From an uncultured Clostridia bacterium (GTDB lineage Bacteria; Bacillota; Clostridia; Christensenellales; UBA1242): 64,000 nucleotides of DNA. The stretch spans positions 40,761 to 104,760 of the forward strand of contig CAKVHY010000002.1 of the NCBI GenBank assembly GCA_934754335.1. Reading direction: 5' to 3'. Under the pieces are notes generated by a model, which had not been told where the DNA came from, searched no databases, and was given only the letters and a program-made list of their open reading frames with translations. Shown piece after piece: positions 46,099 through 54,709 of the stretch. Each line of letters opens with the position of its first letter. Positions within the stretch are counted from its first letter, which is position 1. A program made the position numbers and the translations under genes.

Positions 46099-47292
46099 AT
46101 GAAAATTTTAGTTATTAATGCTGGCTCTAGTTCTCTTAAATTCCAACTTATTGATATGGATAACGAGAATGTTATAGCAAAAGGCAACGTTGAAAGAATT
46201 AACGATAATGGTTCTTTCTTAAATTACAAAGCCAATGGCAAGAGCGAAAAGTTTGAGAAGGTTATTAAAAACCATACAGAAGCCATGGATATCGTTATTG
46301 AGAAGTTAACAGATAAAGAAATTGGCGTTATTAAAAGTGTAGATGAAATTAATGCATTTGGTCATAGAGTTGTAAATGTTGGCGAAAAGTACTTTGATAG
46401 TTGTATTGTTACAAAAGAAATTTTGGAAGATTTCAAAGCAAATGTGGATTTCTCTCCGCTTCATGTTCCGGGTGCTATTGCAGGAATTGAAGCATGTATG
46501 AGTATCTGCCCAGATAAGAAAAACGTGGCAGTTTTCGATATCGGTTTCCATAAAACATTAAAGCCAGAAGCATATCTTTATGCAATTCCAAAAAGATATT
46601 ATGATGAATATAAAATCCGTAGATATGGTGCACATGGTACAAGCCATATGTATGTTGCAAATGAATGCGCTAAGTATTTAGGTCAAGATATTAAAGATTT
46701 GAAAATCATTACTTGTCATTTGGGTGGCGGTGCTAGTATTACTGCAGTTCAAAATGGTGAAAGTATTGATACTTCTATGGGCTTAACTCCGCTTGAAGGA
46801 ATTATGATGAACACAAGAAGTGGAGACCTAGACCCAGCAGTTATTGAATATATCTGCAATAAAGAAGGAAAAACTGTTAGTGAAGTTCTAACAATGCTTA
46901 ATAAAGAAAGCGGACTTTTGGGCATTAACGGAAAAGTTTCAGATATGAGAGATATCACAGCAAATCTTGATGACCCAGATATTAAACTTTCTTTTGATAT
47001 GTACACAAGAAGAATTAAGAAGTATATTGGAGCATATATCGCATTGATGGACGGGGTGGACGCAATTGTGTTCACAGCAGGCATTGGCGAAAACACTCCT
47101 GAACTTAGAAGGGACGTTTTGGAGTCATTTAATTATATTGGCTTGAAGATAGACCCTGATAAAAATTTCAATATTGAAAGAGGTTCTTTTGCAGATATCA
47201 CTGCTGAAGGCTCAAAGGTTAAAGTTTTGGTTATTCCAACTGATGAAGAGATGGTTATAGCAAAACAAACTAAATTCCTTGCGGAAAAATAA
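46099..47292 (+). CDS. ackA: Acetate kinase
   Basis: MKILVINAGSSSLKFQL, FGHRVV, RYGAHGTSH, CHLGGGASI, FTAGIGEN. Confidence 0.96.
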   Translation: MKILVINAGSSSLKFQLIDMDNENVIAKGNVERINDNGSFLNYKANGKSEKFEKVIKNHTEAMDIVIEKLTDKEIGVIKSVDEINAFGHRVVNVGEKYFDSCIVTKEILEDFKANVDFSPLHVPGAIAGIEACMSICPDKKNVAVFDIGFHKTLKPEAYLYAIPKRYYDEYKIRRYGAHGTSHMYVANECAKYLGQDIKDLKIITCHLGGGASITAVQNGESIDTSMGLTPLEGIMMNTRSGDLDPAVIEYICNKEGKTVSEVLTMLNKESGLLGINGKVSDMRDITANLDDPDIKLSFDMYTRRIKKYIGAYIALMDGVDAIVFTAGIGENTPELRRDVLESFNYIGLKIDPDKNFNIERGSFADITAEGSKVKVLVIPTDEEMVIAKQTKFLAEK

Positions 47293-47311
47293 AAAAGTTT
47301 TGTTTAACTAA

Positions 47312-47340
47312 TTGACAAAATATAAATAATACTATATAAT
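47312..47340 (+). promoter_or_regulatory. Candidate promoter of rpmF (TTGACA-17-TATAAT)
   Basis: Perfect consensus hexamers at 47312-47317 and 47335-47340. Confidence 0.6.
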
Positions 47341-47376
47341 TAGTGCCGATAAATAATAAAATAAGGAGGTGTAACA

Positions 47377-47571
47377 ATGATAGCACCTAAGGGAAAAGTT
47401 TCAAAAGCAAGGCGTAATTCTAGAAAAGCAAACTGGAAAATTACTGCACCTTCTTTAGTTGAGTGTCCTCATTGTCATCAATTAAAAGCACCACATATTG
47501 TTTGTAAACAATGTGGATACTATGATGGTGAAGAAAAAGTTAAAGTCGCTAAAGAAAAGAAAGAAAATTAA
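47377..47571 (+). CDS. rpmF: 50S ribosomal protein L32
   Basis: PKGKVSKARRNSRKANWK plus the CPHC...CKQCG zinc knuckle. SD GGAGGTG. TTGACA-17-TATAAT promoter. Confidence 0.93.
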   Translation: MIAPKGKVSKARRNSRKANWKITAPSLVECPHCHQLKAPHIVCKQCGYYDGEEKVKVAKEKKEN

Positions 47572-47599
47572 TTTTTGCTAAAATATAATAATTTTGAAA

Positions 47600-47627
47600 G
47601 ACTATTGATTTCTCAATAGCCTTTTTT
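47600..47627 (+). terminator. Rho-independent terminator after rpmF
   Basis: CTATTGA-TTTC-TCAATAG then CC + T6. Confidence 0.7.
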
Positions 47628-47768
47628 GTTGACTATATAAAGATAATGTAATTTTTATGTTTTTGAAATGTGGAAAACTTAAAATGAAGGAAATTATATG
47701 AATTTTTAAAGAATATGGAAAAAATGTGAAAATCTTAATAATTTTTTTTTAAAATGGTGAAAATTTTG

Positions 47769-47798
47769 TTGATAGGGTGTTGGGGGGTATGATATAAT
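47769..47798 (+). promoter_or_regulatory. Candidate promoter of BspA paralog 2 (TTGATA-18-TGaTATAAT) with a G6 tract in the spacer
   Basis: TTGATA 47769-47774, G6 47782-47787, TG 47790-47791, TATAAT 47793-47798. Confidence 0.5.
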
Positions 47799-47853
47799 AA
47801 ATTTAGACTTAGGAATATGAACACATTGCGAATAAAATGTGCATACCCCCCAA
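47780..47853. promoter_or_regulatory. Perfect 12-bp inverted repeat TTGGGGGGTATG / CATACCCCCCAA separated by 50 nt
   Basis: Arms at 47780-47791 and 47842-47853, read directly. The repeat encloses the -10 box and a small internal hairpin (CACATT 47822-47827 / AATGTG 47836-47841). Confidence 0.8.
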
Positions 47854-47950
47854 TCGAATTTCAATCCGCAGGATTGAAATAAAAGAAAAGAATTAAAATG
47901 GGTATAAATTGTTCATAATTAAGTAATAGAAAATAAAGAAGGAAAGGAAG

Positions 47951-49900
47951 ATGAAGAAGAGTACAAAAGTTATAGCAACAATAGTTGCAGTTGTATTAGT
48001 AGTTACAGCAATGGTTGTTGCAATATATGCCGCCACTGCTGGAAACGTTGGAATAAATGCAAATGTATCTTGGACTGCTCAAGAAGGAGTAAACCTAGAG
48101 TTTTGGGCAACTGCCACTGGCGGTGACCAAGAAAAATCTGTGGCAAAATCCACGATTGCACCAACCACCACAAATGCAAACGCTAAAATCCAAGGAGATT
48201 TAAGTTGTAATTTTAAAGATGATTCAAATGATGGTGTAAATAACCCAGGGGCAATTACTTTTAAATATTATGTTAAGAATAATAGCCTAACTCCGCTAAA
48301 TATTAGAGTAACTAAAACTCCAGAAGCAGGAGCAGAGAGCGGAACTAGTGCAAGCAACCATAAGCCAAAGATTGTATTGGCTTCCACAATCGGCTCTAAT
48401 AATGTTCTTGCCAATGCATTAGGTACAAGCGGTTGTGAACTAACTGCAGGAGAAACATTTGAATATTCAGTAGTTCTATCTATGGCAAGTGGCGGAACTG
48501 GAACAATTGACGCAAATACTGGCCTTATGAAAGATTTTGATGCAGGAGTAAATTTTTTATTTAATGTTGCAGGTTCTTCAAGTGGTTCTAATACAATTAA
48601 AACAGTTGTAGATGGTGTTGAAACTAGTACGCCAATTGGTGACGTTGCAGGGCAAACACTAGGCGAGTTTTTAGCTACAAAAGAGCCTGAAATTAGTACT
48701 GGTTGGTTTTTTGATGAAGAATTAACTCAAGTTGTAACTCAAGAAAACCTAAATGCTCCCTTAAGAGCAGATGCTGAAAGTACAAATTTTTATACAAGAG
48801 AAGCATCATATGATGGGTTGGAGTTTGAATTGAATAGCGATGGAACATATTCGGTGTTGTCAACGAGTAGAGTATCTGGTTCGGAAATTACAAAGAAAGA
48901 TAATCAAGATTCAAAAGGTTTTATTCTCAATGAAGCAGAGAGTATTAAAGCAAATTCAACTGAAGTAATTATACCAAATAAATATAATGGTAAAATGGTC
49001 ACTGCTGTTGGTTATAAAGGATTTAGGTTTTGTACAATAACTAAAATAGTTTTGGCAAATAGTGTAACGAGTATAGGGGAGAATGCATTTGAGAGTTGTA
49101 GCAATTTAACAAATATTACGCTTGGAAATGGTGTAACAAGTATAGGAAGTTGTGCATTTAAGTCTTGTAGCGGCTTAACCAGTATAACAATACCAAATAG
49201 TGTAAAAAGTATAGGTTCTTCTGCATTTCCTGGTTGTATCGGATTAACAAGTATAAAAGTTTCAAGTGGTAATACAAAATATGATAGCCGAGATAATTGT
49301 AATGCAATTATAGAAACTGCTAGCAATACATTAATTCAAAGTTGTAAAACAACAATTATTCCTAATACAATTACAAGTATAGGGAATTCTGCATTTTATG
49401 AGTGTAGCGGATTAACAAGTATAACAATACCAAATAGTGTAACAAGTATAGGGAATTATGCATTTCTCGGTTGTGACGGATTAACTAGTGTAACAATACC
49501 TAATAGCGTAACAAGTATAGGGGGGTATGCATTTGAATATTGTGACGGATTAACAAGTATAACAATAGGTAATAGCGTAACAAGTATAGGAGATTCTGCA
49601 TTTGAGAGTTGTAGCGGATTAACAAGTATAACGATACCAGATAGCGTAACAAGTATAGAGATTAACGCATTTTCTTATTGTAAAAAACTAACAAAAATAT
49701 ATATTCCCGCATCGGTCACAACAATATCTGCATCTATGTATACTAATTCTACATTCAAAAGTTGTTCATCTACTCTTAAAATCTACTGCGAAGCAAGCAG
49801 TAAGCCAAGCGGTTGGGGAACATATTGGAACTACTATGCTTCAGGCAAAACCTTAACCACCTACTGGGGAAAAACCTTGGCAGACTTTAATGCGGCATAG
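47951..49900 (+). CDS. BspA-type leucine-rich-repeat surface protein, paralog 2 (649 aa)
   Basis: Same architecture as 37367..40921: KKSTK/TM/IYAAT signal, homologous N-domain (38-nt identical run 48071-48108 = 37487-37524), Flg_new-like segment, ~11 LRR_5 units, LKIYCE...GW..YWNYY C-terminus. Confidence 0.88.
   Translation: MKKSTKVIATIVAVVLVVTAMVVAIYAATAGNVGINANVSWTAQEGVNLEFWATATGGDQEKSVAKSTIAPTTTNANAKIQGDLSCNFKDDSNDGVNNPGAITFKYYVKNNSLTPLNIRVTKTPEAGAESGTSASNHKPKIVLASTIGSNNVLANALGTSGCELTAGETFEYSVVLSMASGGTGTIDANTGLMKDFDAGVNFLFNVAGSSSGSNTIKTVVDGVETSTPIGDVAGQTLGEFLATKEPEISTGWFFDEELTQVVTQENLNAPLRADAESTNFYTREASYDGLEFELNSDGTYSVLSTSRVSGSEITKKDNQDSKGFILNEAESIKANSTEVIIPNKYNGKMVTAVGYKGFRFCTITKIVLANSVTSIGENAFESCSNLTNITLGNGVTSIGSCAFKSCSGLTSITIPNSVKSIGSSAFPGCIGLTSIKVSSGNTKYDSRDNCNAIIETASNTLIQSCKTTIIPNTITSIGNSAFYECSGLTSITIPNSVTSIGNYAFLGCDGLTSVTIPNSVTSIGGYAFEYCDGLTSITIGNSVTSIGDSAFESCSGLTSITIPDSVTSIEINAFSYCKKLTKIYIPASVTTISASMYTNSTFKSCSSTLKIYCEASSKPSGWGTYWNYYASGKTLTTYWGKTLADFNAA
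48968..49760 (+). repeat. BspA-type LRR array within paralog 2, containing a fifth copy of the 125-nt cassette (49259-49383)
   Basis: The cassette at 49259-49383 shares a 35-nt identical run (CGAGATAATTGTAATGCAATTATAGAAACTGCTAG) with the copy at 39941-40065. Confidence 0.85.
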
Positions 49901-49937
49901 TATGAATTAATAAGCGTAAATTTTATTAAAGATTAAA

Positions 49938-49981
49938 AGATAACATATTTCTAGTTAATTTTAGAAATGTTATCTTTTTTT
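49938..49981 (+). terminator. Rho-independent terminator after BspA paralog 2
   Basis: AAGATAACAT(AT)TTCTA ... TAGAAATGTTATCTT then T7. Confidence 0.8.
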
Positions 49982-50078
49982 AAACTTTACATAAATTTTT
50001 CTATATTTATTAAAATTAATTTGATAAAACTATTAGTTATGGTAAAATTAAAGTGTGTAAGTATATGGAAAAGGGAAA

Positions 50079-51197
50079 ATGAGATTTTTTATTTTTGTTA
50101 TTAATGGATTAGGGGTTGGAACTTTAGGCGAAGTTAATTCTCGCAATCTTTTTTGCAACTCTTATGACGATATTAATAAAAAACTAATTATAAACACCAC
50201 AAATCTTAAAAAACTAGGCATTTGCAGTATTGATACTGTTCAAACTAGAATTGAATATGTTCCTTTGGGTTCTTTTGGAAAAGCCAAAACTAATGGGGTT
50301 AGCAATGGCATACTTTTTGATTATCTCGAACTTCTTGGTTTTAAACAGAAGAAGATAGATAAAAATGAGTTTGGCGGGCTTGGAAAGAAAACTATTAAAA
50401 GGTTAGAAAAGAAAGTGGGGTTAGGTTTTTTATGCAACAAAAAGTATGAGAACCTAAAAGCCATTGAAGACTTTGGCGAAGAGCATATAAAGACTGGCAA
50501 ACCTATTCTAAATATTTCTGAAGATAATATTTTGCAGGTTTCTTCAAGCCTGAATATTATGACCAAAGAGCGTCTTTTTGAGATTGCTGAAAAGATTTGC
50601 GATAATCTAACTTTAGGTGATGGGATTAGTAAGGTGGTGGCAAGGCCATTCTATAGCACTAATGAAACTTACTTAAGAACTCTTATTAGAAAAGATTGTT
50701 ATTTCAAACCTAAATTGAAATTAGATATAGAGAAGTTGGGCAAGAAATTTAAAGTTATTATGATGAATGATTTTGCTCAAATTTTTGAAAACACCAAGAA
50801 TATTCATAGAGTACTGGTTGAGAACGATGACGATGCTATGAGCCAACTTCTTCACGTTTTTGATTTGAGGTTTGATGGCTTAGTTTTCTGTGATATTTCA
50901 GGCTTGCTTCATTATGGAAAGAAGCATGACGTAACCAACTATGGCATGGAATTAGAACGAATTGACCGTTATATCTATTCACTAATAGGCAAGATGAGGG
51001 AAGGAGATAATGTTATAATCCTTGGAAACCACTCAGCAAATCCAACTCTTTCTTCTTTCCAAACAGGGATTGAATATTCTCCAATTTTGGCTATTGGAAC
51101 TAACATAGAAAAGAACTACAATTTAAAAACATTATCTTATGATGAAATATTTTTTAAACTTAAGAAAATACTAGAAGAAAAGGCAGATAAATTCTAG
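50079..51197 (+). CDS. Phosphopentomutase (DeoB)-like protein with degenerate active-site motifs
   Basis: Core similarity to DeoB: FGEEHIKTGKPILNISEDNILQVSS, VVARPF, REGDNVIILGNHSANPT. The metal and phospho-Thr motifs are substituted (see finding). Confidence 0.7.
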   Translation: MRFFIFVINGLGVGTLGEVNSRNLFCNSYDDINKKLIINTTNLKKLGICSIDTVQTRIEYVPLGSFGKAKTNGVSNGILFDYLELLGFKQKKIDKNEFGGLGKKTIKRLEKKVGLGFLCNKKYENLKAIEDFGEEHIKTGKPILNISEDNILQVSSSLNIMTKERLFEIAEKICDNLTLGDGISKVVARPFYSTNETYLRTLIRKDCYFKPKLKLDIEKLGKKFKVIMMNDFAQIFENTKNIHRVLVENDDDAMSQLLHVFDLRFDGLVFCDISGLLHYGKKHDVTNYGMELERIDRYIYSLIGKMREGDNVIILGNHSANPTLSSFQTGIEYSPILAIGTNIEKNYNLKTLSYDEIFFKLKKILEEKADKF

Positions 51198-51210
51198 AAA
51201 AGGAGAACCA

Positions 51211-53217
51211 ATGAAAAAGTTTTTTAAACAGATTTTAAGTTTTGTGTTTGTTGTTTTATTTTCAATAACTTCTTTTATTGCCTGTTCTGCTCCCGGTTCT
51301 AGTTCCGCTGGCCCTGGATTTTCTCAAGGTGGCGGTTCAGGTGGTGGCGGAAGCAACCCTGGTGGAGATATTGATTATAGCGATATTAAAACTCAGTTGG
51401 AACGTGAAGATAATCCAGATAACCAATTTGAAACTCTTTATCAAGGGGTTTACGTTATTTCTGAAGCCGACAACTCAACTATGTTTTTTGATAACGTAAC
51501 TAATTCTTCTCAAACTTTTGATTTTTTACTAGAAAGGCAATATCAAACCTTGGCTGAATACTTGGTTTATGCATTGAATGTGATCTATGGAGAAGACCAA
51601 CCATCAACTAAAACCTTAACTCAATTTTCAAGCGCTGTGGTTCACGATTATGAAATTATTGGTTCTGCAAAATCTAAGGACTCCACATGTGGAAAACATT
51701 TAGGGAACAAGATAAACTTAAGTTGTTCTGAATGTTTGGCTAGAATTGCAAACCTAAGAAAGGAGTTTAACAACAATCCTTTTAATCTTAAGAATGCAAT
51801 TTCAGGCGGTTATGAATATGATTCTGAATCCGCCACCTTCACAACCACTTTAAATACTTCCTATGGTACATGGATTTCCGGCAAAACTTTAAATACAACC
51901 ACCATAAAAGAAGCCTTGGCTAAAGGACTTGCCACCGGTGACTTCTCTAGCACTATTAGTTATTCAGAAGCCAAACAAAAGATTGACCATCTTGGTTTTA
52001 CTAAGTCTGTTCAGGTGGGCGATAAAACCACTATTAGTGAAGCAAGTTTGATTAAAGAATATATTCTTAAAAATATAATTGGCGACAAACTAGTTAAGTT
52101 AGATAATTCCTTAAAGAACAAATTAGGCGGTTCTAATGCCACTCTTGAATTGGGAGACAGCGCAGGAGTTGATATTTTTGCACCGGAATCAGATAAACAT
52201 TATTATAAAGCCTATGAAGACATCGTAAACTTTATAGTTGATAAAGCCATGGATTTGGGAATAGATGGTTCTTTTAAGGACCAAGAAGGAGATAACCAAG
52301 GGCTTTTTGAAAATGATACATTAACGATTTTCCCACAAATGCCAAGAATCGTGGTGGAATATTATCCTGCTGATCAATTCTCTTCCAAATCTATTGGTTC
52401 TCCTTATGAAGATGAGAATATGACCGAAGAAGAGATTGAAAAGGCTGAAGAAGAGTGGGGTAAAACAGCCTTAAAAGATGTTATGAAAAACGCCAAAAAG
52501 GTTTTAAGCATCATAGCGTTACCAAATCTAAGCGACGAAGCAATGGCTGATAGAAAAAGTTTTATCACGGGAAAGTATAACGAACAAGTGGCAACTGAAT
52601 GGGAAAATGATGGAATGAATAGTATTTTACTAGATCAATTTGCTCTTGGTGTTAATGGTGATAAAAACAGTTCGGGCAAATACATCTTAAAACCAAAGTT
52701 CTACGCTAAAGCACAGGGCAATGTTATTCTAGATAGTTATATTAAAAATAGTGATTATAGCGATAAGTCTGATAGTGTTGACCCTAAAGATATTTATCAA
52801 TATTCTGAAGATGAGATATTAGTTCAATATCATGAAAGAAAGATTGTTTATGACGATTTATTTAAGTATAGGGCAGTGGCTAACTATAATCTGGGTTCGG
52901 CTGTTAGCAGTTATATTGAAGATAAAAACATAAATTCTGTTCGTGTTCAGAAATACGATGGAGTGGAGTTGGTTTCAAAAAACGGAACTTATAATCAAAA
53001 ATTCTTTAGCGGAAAAGTACAAAGAGTTTGGGCAGATATTTTTGATATTCAAGGGAAGTATGACTCAGGTAATCTTTCCACATTTATTCCGGGAATAAAT
53101 TCAGTGTTTAAAGGCGGAGATAACTTCTTACAAGTTAGTTTTGAATACTACAGTGAATCTAAAGAAGTAATCAAAGCAGTTCCTATTAATTTCTTTTACT
53201 TTAATTCTTTTTATTAA
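51211..53217 (+). CDS. Hypothetical lipoprotein (668 aa) with Gly/Ser-rich tether
   Basis: Signal peptide with FIAC|SAPGSSSAGPGFSQGGGSGGGGSNPGG. 13 nt after the previous stop. SD AAGGAGAA. Confidence 0.8.
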   Translation: MKKFFKQILSFVFVVLFSITSFIACSAPGSSSAGPGFSQGGGSGGGGSNPGGDIDYSDIKTQLEREDNPDNQFETLYQGVYVISEADNSTMFFDNVTNSSQTFDFLLERQYQTLAEYLVYALNVIYGEDQPSTKTLTQFSSAVVHDYEIIGSAKSKDSTCGKHLGNKINLSCSECLARIANLRKEFNNNPFNLKNAISGGYEYDSESATFTTTLNTSYGTWISGKTLNTTTIKEALAKGLATGDFSSTISYSEAKQKIDHLGFTKSVQVGDKTTISEASLIKEYILKNIIGDKLVKLDNSLKNKLGGSNATLELGDSAGVDIFAPESDKHYYKAYEDIVNFIVDKAMDLGIDGSFKDQEGDNQGLFENDTLTIFPQMPRIVVEYYPADQFSSKSIGSPYEDENMTEEEIEKAEEEWGKTALKDVMKNAKKVLSIIALPNLSDEAMADRKSFITGKYNEQVATEWENDGMNSILLDQFALGVNGDKNSSGKYILKPKFYAKAQGNVILDSYIKNSDYSDKSDSVDPKDIYQYSEDEILVQYHERKIVYDDLFKYRAVANYNLGSAVSSYIEDKNINSVRVQKYDGVELVSKNGTYNQKFFSGKVQRVWADIFDIQGKYDSGNLSTFIPGINSVFKGGDNFLQVSFEYYSESKEVIKAVPINFFYFNSFY

Positions 53218-53277
53218 AATAAATACATAATTAAATAATTTTTACAAAAAATATTTACAAATAGAAGGAGAACCTTT

Positions 53278-54444
53278 ATGAAAAAATTTGTAAATATTTT
53301 TTTATCTTTAATTTTAATAGTGGCTTGTTTGTTTCCTGCAAATCAGGTGTTTGCTGAGAACGAAAAGGAGTTTCAAAACTTTTCTTCCACAAGTTATGTT
53401 TTGCTAGATGCAAAGAGCGGAGAGATTTTAACAAGTTTTAATGAGAATGAGAAGTTGCCTGTGGCAAGCATTTGTAAACTTATGACCACTCTTCTAACTT
53501 TAGAAGCCATTGATAACGGAACTTTAACTTTAGAAGACGAAGTTTTGGCTAGTGAGCATGCTTGTTCTGCTGAAGGAAGCCAAGCATTTCTAGATGCTGG
53601 TAGTAAATATAAGGTTAAGGACTTATTGAAAAGCGTTGTGGTTGCGTCTGCAAACGATAGTGCAATTGTTTTAGCGGAAGCAATTGGCGGAAGTGAAACT
53701 AAGTTCGTTGAAAAGATGAATAAAAGAGCAAGTGAACTTGGCATGACTAACACAGTTTATCAGAATGCAACGGGCTTAAACACTATTGATAGCCAACATA
53801 GTACAGCGTTAGACACTGCAAAGATTCTAAAGAAAGTTGAGCAGTATGATGTTTATAATGAGTTCTGTAAAATTTGGATGGATAAATTGGTTCACCCAAG
53901 CGGAAGAGAAACCGAACTTGTAAACACAAATAGATTAATTAGATATTATGATTATTGCAATGGTGGAAAAACTGGTTACACAGATGAAGCGGGTTATTGC
54001 TTAAGTAGTACTGCAGAAAAAGACGGATTAAGGCTTGTGGCTGTGGTTTTGAATTGTAAGGATTCGGCAAGCAGATTTAAAGAAAGCATGGAATTATATT
54101 CATATGGATTTGCCAATTTCGAAAACGCCAAGATTGTTGATTCAAATATAAATATAGACAAAACTATAAAAGTTAATGGCGGAAAAGTTAACGATGTGGC
54201 AGTTCATCCGCTTCAAGATTTCTATGCCTTATCTAAGAAAGGTGAGAAAGCCAATTATGAAGTGAATTTCGAACTAGATAAAAATGTTAAAGCACCAAAA
54301 GATTTAAACTCGGTAGTTGGAAAATGTGTGGTAACTAAGAATGGGGTTGTGGTTCAAGAAATAGAACTTGGAATTACTGAAAAACTTGAAAAGCAAACAT
54401 ATAAAGACGTTTTAAGTAAAATTTTAGACGATTGGGCTTTATAA
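53278..54444 (+). CDS. D-alanyl-D-alanine carboxypeptidase (PBP5/DacB/DacF type)
   Basis: Signal peptide (QVFA|EN). SxxK = SICK, SxN = SAND, KTG = KTGYT. C-terminal beta-sandwich domain. Confidence 0.9.
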   Translation: MKKFVNIFLSLILIVACLFPANQVFAENEKEFQNFSSTSYVLLDAKSGEILTSFNENEKLPVASICKLMTTLLTLEAIDNGTLTLEDEVLASEHACSAEGSQAFLDAGSKYKVKDLLKSVVVASANDSAIVLAEAIGGSETKFVEKMNKRASELGMTNTVYQNATGLNTIDSQHSTALDTAKILKKVEQYDVYNEFCKIWMDKLVHPSGRETELVNTNRLIRYYDYCNGGKTGYTDEAGYCLSSTAEKDGLRLVAVVLNCKDSASRFKESMELYSYGFANFENAKIVDSNINIDKTIKVNGGKVNDVAVHPLQDFYALSKKGEKANYEVNFELDKNVKAPKDLNSVVGKCVVTKNGVVVQEIELGITEKLEKQTYKDVLSKILDDWAL

Positions 54445-54450
54445 AATAAA

Positions 54451-54481
54451 AAGGTTAAGATAAAACATCTTAACTTTTTTT
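54451..54481 (+). terminator. Rho-independent terminator after the DD-carboxypeptidase gene
   Basis: GTTAAGAT-AAAAC-ATCTTAAC then T7. Confidence 0.8.
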
Positions 54482-54631
54482 AATTCTTTTTTAAAATTTA
54501 CATAATTTGGAAATTGTTTGGAAAAGATAATAAAAATGGAAAAACATTTAGTGGATTTTAGAAAAAATGTTTTGTAAACTTGTCAACCTTTAAATTTAAG
54601 TTAAAAAAGCGATTAATTTAGATTAAAATGG

Positions 54632-54660
54632 TTGACAATAATTGCAAAATTGTTTAAACT
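54632..54660 (+). promoter_or_regulatory. Candidate promoter of the 1161-aa surface protein gene (TTGACA-17-TAAACT)
   Basis: TTGACA 54632-54637, TAAACT 54655-54660. Confidence 0.45.
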
Positions 54661-54709
54661 AAACCTGTTACAAATGTAATTGTAAATTTTAAGGAGAATT
54701 CTAACTATT

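Noticed and set aside
47660-47765. Repeated (A/T)TGGAAAA / ATGTGAAAAT-like motifs upstream of BspA paralog 2. Similar TTTGGAAATTG strings occur at 41744 and 54507.
   Set aside because: They resemble -35-like TTGGAA/TTGAAA hexamers and generic A-tract UP-element sequence in AT-rich DNA. I cannot distinguish them from background without statistics.
47780-47853. The G/C-rich inverted repeat read as the ends of a recombinase-driven invertible promoter, or of a miniature transposable element.
   Set aside because: The 50-bp intervening segment is much shorter than known invertible switches (roughly 150 bp or more). There is no recombinase or transposase in the window, and I see no target-site duplication. 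It is kept only as a minor alternative within the finding.
47817-47882. 21-codon upstream ORF (MNTLRIKCAYPPIEFQSAGLK) whose Pro-Pro is encoded by the C6 tract. It could be a stalling leader peptide.
   Set aside because: The only SD-like sequence (AGGA 47811-47814) is 2 nt from the ATG, which is too close. ORFs this short arise readily by chance. There is no supporting conservation that I can assess.
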